Origin: Strigamia acuminata
Lineage: Eukaryota
Direction of reading: 5' to 3'
Assembly (NCBI GenBank): GCA_949358305.1
Contig: OX442314.1
Location: 20,584,001-20,648,000 of the forward strand
DNA length: 64,000 nucleotides
This document shows, piece by piece, positions 55,201 through 64,000 of this stretch. How positions within the stretch are numbered: position 1 is the stretch's first letter; each line of letters opens with the position of its first letter. Under the pieces are notes generated by a model that was not told the DNA's origin, did no database searches, and saw only the letters and a list, made by a program, of their open reading frames with translations. The translations under genes and the position numbers were made by a program.

Positions 55201-58200
55201 GGCGATCGGTTTAGTCTGTTTTCAGTCGCAGTGCTCCTGCGCATGATATTTAAACAATTAAAATATGTTTAACTGCAAGCTAAACATGCGTTTATGAATG
55301 TGACTATCGAAAAGAAACCATTTTAAAATTTAAAATTTTTATTTTTCACCCTGCCTGAGTCAATCCACTCATGGCGCCTTTCACATACTGTAAGTTCACA
55401 CGTTACTCATCATCATACACCATGAATTTTATGCTACTATCCAGAGGTTTGCTTAGAAAAGCCTCGAGGTGTTCTGCAGATTTTAATTTCTTGCTGTTGT
55501 TTTCGCGAGCTATGCACATGCGCTGGCCTTTCAAACGTTCCAATTGCTCGAACCAATCACAACCCTTTGCCAAACCCAAACACTCGATTTTATAGTCTTA
55601 GATAAGAAATTTCATTAAAAACTCCAAAAACATAATTAGCCAAAACAAACAAGTACGAGTGACATAACGTAACCAATTTACCTGGTTTGATGTACCCAGC
55701 AAGCGTAAATGGAGGTAAAGTAAACAAATTGCTGAAAAACACACGTTTTCTTTTCATTCTCTGCCCCTTTTCAAAAATAGAGGTAATAAAAGAGTCAAGT
55801 CAAAGACGAGATAGATTGCAAGCGTCAAGCAGCATCCACACCAAACATTCAAGAGGTGATGCTTGATGGATTCCTCTTTTCACAAGGTCGAGCATTGACA
55901 AAAGAACATACAAAACCAACCAGAACCACACGGCCAGTATGTTTGATTTTTTGTCGGAGGAGGGGAAGAAAATAAGAAGACCAAGGCGGAGAAGGAATTG
56001 GAACCCACCCGAAGCACACAGTTGGTATGGAATGAAGTTTGGATGTGGGGGAGTTGCACCAACATTTAGCAAAGAAGGGCGAGGGTTTAAATGGCATTCA
56101 GTGTTGGAGAAAATCCAGGTTGTGGTTCAGACTAAATAAAAAAGAAAGAAGGAAAAAATAGGAAATTGGATGAAAGGAGTAGAAAGAATCGCAAAATGTT
56201 TTCCAGACGGTGAAGTGTTTTTATGGACTATTATTTACGTATTAGTTAATTTCCATGAATTAAGTGCTTCGAACAAAAAAGTATTACCGTACATGTACAG
56301 AGTATATATACGGTAATTTATGTTTTAGCATTTTATATTTACTACGTTTACATGTTCAATGTGAAAAAATTGAATTTATATTTCTGGAAAACTCCGCATG
56401 GCGTTAGTTTTCTGGTAAACATTAAATTTGCACATTGATTACCCATAATTTCGATTATCAGGAACAACAAAATGGCTGTCAACAAAATGGCTGTCAACCT
56501 ATTTCAACCCTTAAACAAACCAAATTTAGCTGACGTAACTTTCCCAAAAGCAAAAATTTTGCTAGTAATATGACGCAAAATTAAAATTATAGGCCTATTG
56601 GGCGAATAAATGTTGGTGCATTGCAAATGGTAATGCTCAAAAGATCTAAAATACACCTCATACACGTGGAATTTATTTTTCCAAATTAATATGTCCTTTA
56701 CTAAAAGCTACATTCGAATTTTTCCTGACCATGTAAACTTGGTAAACGTTACCACAATAAAGCGACTTCTCGAGAAATCTTCAGTGAGTTTTATACGGTT
56801 TGTACCACTTTGAAAACACTGTCCACTGACTGCACATTCAAGCACAATAAGTAAAAACGCAGTCAGCTGTGATTAGCTGGATTTAAAATTATAATCAGTA
56901 GCCAGCTGGTGGGGTGAGAAAACAACACACTCGACTAGTGACACATTTTTTCACGCTTTAATTTCATTTACTGGCCGCCCACATTACATGTTAAACCATA
57001 CATTAAAATGTTAATTCGGATTAGTACAGTTTGTTAGATTTTCAATAACCTCAATTCCTAAAAAAAAAACATAAAAAAAAAAAAAATCTTGGTTCACATA
57101 ATTTACAAGAGTTTTTGTACATGACGTTTTTCGATCTTCATCCTCAGAAACGTTTTCCCACTTCACATTCGCCAAACCTCACAAGAGAAAACAAACAACA
57201 CACACCAAAATAAACTCTCGAGAGGCAACAAAAAATACCCCAACATCAACCAGAAGGAAAAAGAAAAGTAGAAATAAGGAGTGAGTAGTCAATGTTTTCA
57301 GAAAGTGATTTTTACCAACACGACCATTTGATTTCATCATTAGATAAAGACGAAATGTCATCGCAATGACGTTCGTAAATCATTTCTCCGTAAATCCTTT
57401 ATCCATTCAAATAAGCATCAAATTTTGGAAACCTCGTCACATGATTTATACATTTGCACAAGTCGTAAATAAAATTGCCCCTATTGGCAACCCCCTCGGA
57501 GAAAAAGCCTCCACGACCCCTCCCTCTCCCTTAATTAACATCCCAAGTCATAATGCGTGAATGCTAATTAATGACAATAACGATGAAGAGTGAGTAATTC
57601 ACCCCGTTAGATCGCTTACCGCTGATTTAACTTCTAATTACAGCTTTTCGTTTATACAAAATGATAATGACCACACTCGCCACTGACAAAAACTAATATT
57701 TATACAGTACATTTTCAAGCACGTACAAGCGCCTTTTATTCATCTAGTCTGACGTTTTATTTATTTAAACAAGACCGACAAGGAGCAAACTTCATCCAAT
57801 TCGCTTCAATATTCTACTCGATTTTCATACAAAACTTATTACATCTCTTCTAAATAGATCCAAAGCAAACTGCATCCAGATTCCAGAGCAAACTGCTTGC
57901 GGAAACAACTTTCTTCAATTGTAGGATTTTATGAAAATTTCATACCGTTGGATGCAGCATCGTATTTTTTGGATGACCTACATAAGAAAGCACAACTTGG
58001 GTCTCTTTTCTTATTATACTCTACTTCTATTGTATTAGGACATAAAAAATGCAGAGCTCGAAATGTACCGGAGCAAATGTGAAATTATGAAAAAATATTG
58101 TGACGATTTTTTTCCTTGTGATTTTCTAATTGCAAGAATTATTTTTTAAACTTTAAAGTGGCGTTCCGGATTGTAAAACTTTACCTTTCATGACTTAAAG

Positions 58201-61200
58201 AAAATAGGAAACAGTTCTAACTTAAGCTTATATGCCAATTACCCTTTAAAAAAGTCGATAATTGACAATTTTAATGTGTGAAAAGCTGGCAAAAAGCATG
58301 GCAAGCTAAGCTTATCTGTGATTAGTCACAGTTGTCAGCAAGAGCGACAGAACTATTTGATGGGCCACTAGCAAAAGCTCTTTTGCCTCCTCCAATTTAA
58401 TTGTGGCTCTACTCTGACAACTGCTATCTACTTTCTCCTAAGCCAAAGCGTAAACAATAGGTTGACAGCAAAATTAACTTGATCTGTAACAACCTTCTAC
58501 ATATAAATAGCCAATTTAGCAAACCAGGCCAAATAACCATGCCATGACGTGACCGCGATACTCACGGCTATAACTCCTCCTCTTGAATTTTCATTTCTGA
58601 ATTCAAAGAGGAGCGCAAATCTAACTTTTCCCTTTAGAAATTTAATTCAACCATATCCGCATAGTGCAAACTGGTAAGCAGAGCAGATAAGACGTGCAAT
58701 GCTCCTTTACATTTAGCCAAATTGCGTCAACTTTAAGCATCGCATACTCAAATATCAGCCGTTTTAAAATTAGTCTCTCGCTCCGCTTCAAGCTGCAATC
58801 AGATAAATGGGAGTTGAAGCCAAAGCCGGCTCCGCGTACGTAAAAATAAACTTGCACTGCAATCGAATGCCCAATCAGGGCTCAAGGCTCATGCCACATA
58901 CACCTCTGCCTTCTACCCGTTAAATCCACAATCTAGCACCCGTAAAAATCCCATCAAACCTCGTGTGTGTATATTTGCTGCTTCATCACAAATTCTAATC
59001 CCACTAAATTATTAATGATAATACACCTGCTAATCAAATCGCACATCAATAAATTATTCACAATAAATATGCATAGATCTATCCCGTCCTGTCACATACA
59101 ATTTCCCCAATTTGCATTCTCTTTTATCGACCAACATCTTAAAAATCATTTCATCTTCAAATGTCGAGTGTTAGCCACTTTAAACGTATTACACACAGCA
59201 TTAACTCCCATAAAACTTAATCCGAATGACATATTTAAGTGAACCTGCCCCAGTTCTCTACGCTTTAAAAGACGAACCATTATTCATATTTAATTTTTAA
59301 TTATCGTTCTATCATTGATATATATGACAGTTTCATTTAGCTAGAACGTCCACAATACAAAACCACAATGCTTCTCAACATCAGTTTCCAACAAAGCAGT
59401 CACGATTTTGAAAGAATTGTAGTGAACAGATGAATTTACAATGCTCAAATTGCTTCAGGTTGTCACCTTTATTCGAAAACCACATAGTGGCATCAAGTGA
59501 CAACTTGTATACTCTAAGAGCTTTCGCTTAATCAAACATTTCTATGACAATCACTATTCCAAAACTGGACCTAATCACTAAGCCTTTAATACCGTAAAAC
59601 AGACCGTATCCTCAAAGACCTTTGCTTATCTATCTCAAACTAATTAATTACATTTAATAAAGCCCTCACTCCCTTATGACAAACATTTAATTTTCAACAA
59701 ATCTTCCCAACTCCCCAACTCTAATTTATAGAAAAGACGTTGTCCTCGTGCTGCACAAATTTTAATTTGCGAACTCAGTAACAAGTTATTAGTCTCGCTT
59801 GATCACAATTAGTGTTACAAGTCGCGCCCCCAAGGTGTTACAACTAACGACATTAGTTTAAACTAACACAACACAAAGGTCGGAATTACAAATTAAAAAA
59901 AAAAAAAAATTAAAAAAAAAAACTTTTACACGAAATCATATACAGAGTAAAACTAATAATAACAATGTCACAACCAGTTGAAATGAATTAAAATAAATGT
60001 ACCCAAGTTGCAATGCAATTAAATTAACAGGTCGAGTTTTATTCCTGGAGGAAAGAAAAGACTAAATGTCATAAATCACCGAGCTAGAAGTGGCAAGACA
60101 AGCGTTGTTGGCGAAGAATAATACATCAAAGCGTTAAAGTAAATTAGTGAAGGTGTTGAAAAAAGACAACCACAAAATATCTTCTCGGATCACATGAATA
60201 CAAATGTAAATCGGAAGACGAGCAAACCACTGAACTGAGCCCCATTTACAAATTAGTATCTCACAAAATGGAAAACAACTTCACACATTACGTGCATGGA
60301 ATACAAACTGCCACACATTTTCATTAGTTCCCTTCTAATTTTTTTCAATATTAATGCCACCGGAAAACAAAGCTTACAACCATTGAACTTTGCATTTCCA
60401 TTACGAGTTTTACAAATTTGAAAAAATAATTAATGCTCCCCAAAAAAATGTAAAATACTTTCGGAAATGAGCAGCTCACTCACTGGCAAATTACCAAGCA
60501 GGTTCCAAGCATGTCTAGGGCCCCCAAGGATTTGTTCACAGTACTTTTATATTCAATATCAATATGAGCATAGCATGATCTATCGGATTAATTGATCATA
60601 GTGTTCCATGGGTAGATCCAGGGTGGGGTATAGAGACTAAAATTTCATTTTTGAAACCAAAATTTCATGTTGGAGACCAAAATTTAATTTTTTAAGACCA
60701 AAATTTCATGTTTGAGACCAAAATTTCATTTTTGAGACCAAAATTTCATTTTTGAGACCAAAATTTCATTTTTGAGACCAAAATTTCATTTGAGACCAAA
60801 ATTTCATTCTTTAAGACCAACATTTCATATTTAAACCCAAATAATTCATTCTGATATTTCAAAAATGCATTTTTAGGCCCAAAACAGTCAATTTTTGTGT
60901 GTGAAGAATTGAACCAAAATGGCCACCCTCTTGTATGTTTTCTAGATTCGCCCCTAGTGTTCTTTGCAATAAATCCGGGTAAACTTTGAGGAAACTACCT
61001 AAATTACGCATGGGAAAGGACCCCAGAGGCACAGGGTCTTAACACGTAATCCAGCACCACTTTAGTTAAAACAAAGGACCAAGTACACCGATTAGGTCTA
61101 ATCTATGACAAACCGTAGTGCCTGCCGGTTTGTAATAATGGCGGACATTTACAACTCGCAACAAAACTTCAGCAGTCGTTCTGCTTGCTTTAACAACTTA

Positions 61201-61553
61201 TTGAGTTCAAATTTTGAAGAAATACATTTTTTTTAAAAAATCAATGGTAATTTTAAGCGCAAAATTATAGAGCGGAGTAAAAAAAATTCAGTAAAAATAC
61301 GATTTGGAATACAACTTCAACTCAACTCAAGGAGAGAATAAAACGGAGACAGATAAACGATAAAAGAAAATGGTTAGCCACTAGTCTAAGGAAGACATAG
61401 CTTCCAATAGATCTGCAGTTCGTAAAAGAAACTTTCCCTACACAAGTTATAGCAACAACAACCCCAAAGGAGTGGGAAAAAAATAAACCCTAAAAACAAC
61501 TTACCGTTTCTATTTTCACTATCTGCTGGTTTCATTTGGATAGGATGATGCAT
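37222..61553 (-). CDS. CELF2: CUGBP Elav-like (CELF1/2, Bruno-type) RNA-binding protein; end of RRM1 through RRM3, 5' exons outside the window
   Basis: Exons 61553-61505 ([16 protein letters not shown]), 52178-52053 ([12 protein letters not shown]), 51653-51574 ([16 protein letters not shown]), 47658-47527 ([21 protein letters not shown]); linker exons 44484-44427, 43178-43113, 43036-42971, 42890-42828, 41810-41727, 40094-40068, 39820-39794, 39099-38878 ([12 protein letters not shown]), 38551-38480; then 38247-38104 ([18 protein letters not shown]) and 37343-37222 ([40 protein letters not shown]). The symbol marks the CELF1/2 subfamily, not one-to-one orthology. Confidence 0.94.
45580..45605 (+). 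repeat. (GAAAA)n microsatellite
   Basis: Five tandem GAAAA units. Confidence 0.85.
50290..50346 (-). repeat. Inverted repeat, 26-bp arms and 5-nt loop
   Basis: CGCGTCATGAAAATAATACGTTCATG-CCCAA-CATGAACGTATTATTTTCACGACGCG, one mismatch. Confidence 0.9.
51317..51393. mobile_element. Short MITE-like element, same family as 55131-55306
   Basis: 14-bp inverted termini AGCGCATTCATAAA / TTTATGAATGCGCT. The first ~38 nt closely match the start of the 55131 element. Confidence 0.55.
55131..55306. mobile_element. MITE-like element, longer copy of the 51317 family
   Basis: Starts TAGGCGCATTCGTAAAGTCATTTAGATTAAACAGCATTT and ends AAACATGCGTTTATGAATGTGACTA. Both ends match the 51317-51393 copy. Confidence 0.55.
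60607..60954. mobile_element. MITE-like element (hAT-type 8-bp TSD) with an internal 20-bp minisatellite
   Basis: Identical 8-mer TAGTGTTC at 60599-60606 and 60955-60962. Imperfect terminal inverted repeats CATGGGTAGATCCAG / CTAGATTCGCCCC. Internal tandem array. Confidence 0.65.
60633..60830 (+). repeat. Tandem repeat, ~10 copies of the ~20-bp unit GAGACCAAAATTTCATTTTT
   Basis: Directly visible head-to-tail copies with small substitutions and indels. Confidence 0.95.
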
Positions 61554-64000
61554 CTGCAAGTAAATAGGAAAGAACATTTATTATCTCCGACATTTAAAAA
61601 AACAAAAATCCAAAAATATCGACATTTTTAACTCAAACCCGCAAAACAATCACATAAAACGTAAATAATGCACGCACGTGATATCATTTAGGCTTAAATC
61701 AAAACTTAAACAAGCAAAAACCACTAAAATAATGCACCGAAATGTAAAATAAAAACCTTTAAAAACTTCCCGTATTCTCCGATACTTTAAAGGGATGAGA
61801 ACAGATGAGAAAAACATAGACAACCGTTCCGCAGCTGTTCCGTGTCTGCACTGACGTTTGTGTGTGTATGTTTCGTATCCGTCCTATGCGAAAAACTGAT
61901 GAATAGCCCCTTAACCCCCCTTTAAAGTAGTTGCTGTGCAGCCCGGATAAAGATGCCCTCAGATGCTAAATCAGTCGAGAGAAACATCACCAAATATTTT
62001 TTTTTATCCTAATCTCTGTATAGCAAAGCCAACTTGTCTACCTGTGTCGTTAGTGGCGTGCTTCCCTCTTCAGTTAACTTACAAATTTAAAATAGAATTT
62101 TTATAATTATCAATTTAAAAAAAAAGAAAAAAAAAATTACTTTCAAGGTAAAAATTGCTTTTTTTCCTTCCCATCGCTATATTTTCACACAATTAAAATA
62201 AAATTTGCGGTTTTCTTTTGACGTAAAACTTCAAAGAAAAGATGCCAAAACAAGTCAGAAGACATTCAGCAGTTATTTTTAAACGCGGACTTCATTTCAC
62301 GTTTAGGGGTGACATGTTTTAACACCATATGCAAAACATAAAAGAGAAACACCATAAAATTTCATATATCACTTTATGGTATAATTTCCATCTTGTCTCT
62401 TTTCAATCTTCTTTTTAAACTCTTTCTTTTCTTATTTTTTTTTCTTTAAAGAAACTTTTTTCCATTAAACAATGTCTAGGCATTTATTAATGAAGAATTA
62501 AATGTAATTTCTTTTTCATTCTGCTAACTGTCCTGGGAACCATCTCATTTGCCAATGTGAAATTGCCGCCTAAGGAAAAAGCTCCCGACACTAAACATTT
62601 GTCACGAAACTCTAACCTTATTTGTCATCCCACTGAATGCTCAAATCAGCACACGGATCAAAACTCCTTTCTCAACATCAAAACGAATTAGGATAATTGG
62701 CAGAAAAAATATGCTTCAAACCCGAACAAAAATAAACACCACAAACTATACTGTTCAAATTCCTCCTGCGTGTTTATAAACAGATTCAAATCTCCGACAC
62801 AAAAGCTCAATATTATTATAAAATTAATCTCAAAATTAAAATTCATCAATTTGGATCCAATTTGAATACATGTGTTTTTCGTGTCGTAGACGCCAAATGC
62901 TGATAAAAAAACACATTTGCTAACACAACACGATTAGAATGGATGAAAAGACTTTCAAATGCATCAAGTTTTTTATTTTTTTTATTTTGTATCCAAGATG
63001 GCTCACAGGCTCGTATCTGTACAGCAGTTTGCTGCTTGCAGCGATCTTGAAGTAATGTTTTGTTCAACAAATTTTCATTGTATAAAATGATGTTTTTCTT
63101 GTATATTATCCAAACTTCTCTATAAGCAGCTCTAGGCCGCTGCTGATTTTATATGCACCAACCCTAGTCATTTGCATTTTCATTATCGTCAAAAGTTATA
63201 TAAAAGAAAGAACAAAAAAATTGAAACAAAGCAAATTTAGCATCGATCTGCTCTAGTTTATCGCCAAGCTTTGTCACGTGACTTTGTGCAATGATCTGAT
63301 CTGGAAATAACAGTTCTAAGGCACTATATTGAGTTTTGTAAAATTTTAATTCTTTAATTCGTGTAATTTTCTAGAGAATAAACTGCTGAAAAGAGAAATC
63401 GTTGCGCCGTAAAAGCACCGTTATTAAATTGTTTCAAACGTCAAAACACGATGCTTTCTACAATTGAAAATATCCCTCCATCTTGAAAAATAATAACTCC
63501 CAATTTTTCAAATGCCCTATTTTCAACTTATTGACGAATGAGAAGTCAAAATACTGCCAGCCTCCGCTTGGAACTTTCTTCAAATTTCTCCAATAATATC
63601 GCTCGTTTTTCACTAATATATCTTTTTCTACATCAGCAACACATCACTAACTTCCAATATTGCCCCGTATTAATCTTACACTTGCAGGGCCACATTTAAT
63701 CTAGAATATCATTAATAAAAACCCTTCTTACAAATACTCGATTGATTTTATAATTGAAAAAATAAAACCACCCGTATTATCGTGTAGTTCTAACTTTAAA
63801 AAAGCCAACAAAAACACCCCATACATAAATTAACAAAACAAAAACCACGTACGAATGAATGCATTCGCTTTTCCACAATTTAATCGGCTTTCCCGTAATC
63901 TTAAAAAAAAATATTCACATGCAAATTAAGCTCGAATTTTCTTTCCACTCCACTAAAATCAATGCAAAAACCCACCAAAAACAACCCATCTTAATCACAC

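Noticed and set aside
56465..56498. Tandem 15-bp duplication CAACAAAATGGCTGT
   Set aside because: Real but only about two copies, consistent with simple slippage.
60633..60830. CRISPR-like repeat array
   Set aside because: Units are head-to-tail with no unique spacers, there are no cas genes, and the context is eukaryotic.

Overview
AT-rich, intron-containing animal DNA with many 55-70 nt GT-AG introns. It is probably from an arthropod, but the species cannot be named from this window. The first 30 kb is gene-dense: the 3' part of an axonemal dynein heavy chain (DNAH1-like, +) with a class A GPCR nested antisense in one intron, then ACAD8 (+), an unexplained ~2.5 kb non-coding interval, CSTF3/su(f) (-), a secreted CUB-domain gene (+), BORCS5 (-), ALKBH3 (+) and a beta-tubulin (+). 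The rest (~30.2-64 kb) is a large CELF/Bruno RNA-binding gene (-) whose 5' end lies outside the window; it has micro-exons, candidate post-stop introns, a probable ~4.5 kb UG-rich 3' UTR and several MITE-like elements. Best leads: (i) a pair of diverged, inverted, apparently non-coding homologous segments at 14.36-14.56 kb and 15.63-15.79 kb; (ii) the nested GPCR's ~240-aa second extracellular loop; (iii) a candidate autoregulatory intronic poly(A) site in CSTF3 intron 3; (iv) CELF 3' UTR exons that sit at the NMD distance boundary; (v) three near-perfect hairpins that pair best on the host transcript's strand. All exon boundaries were read by eye, and gene names come from recalled family motifs, not database searches.
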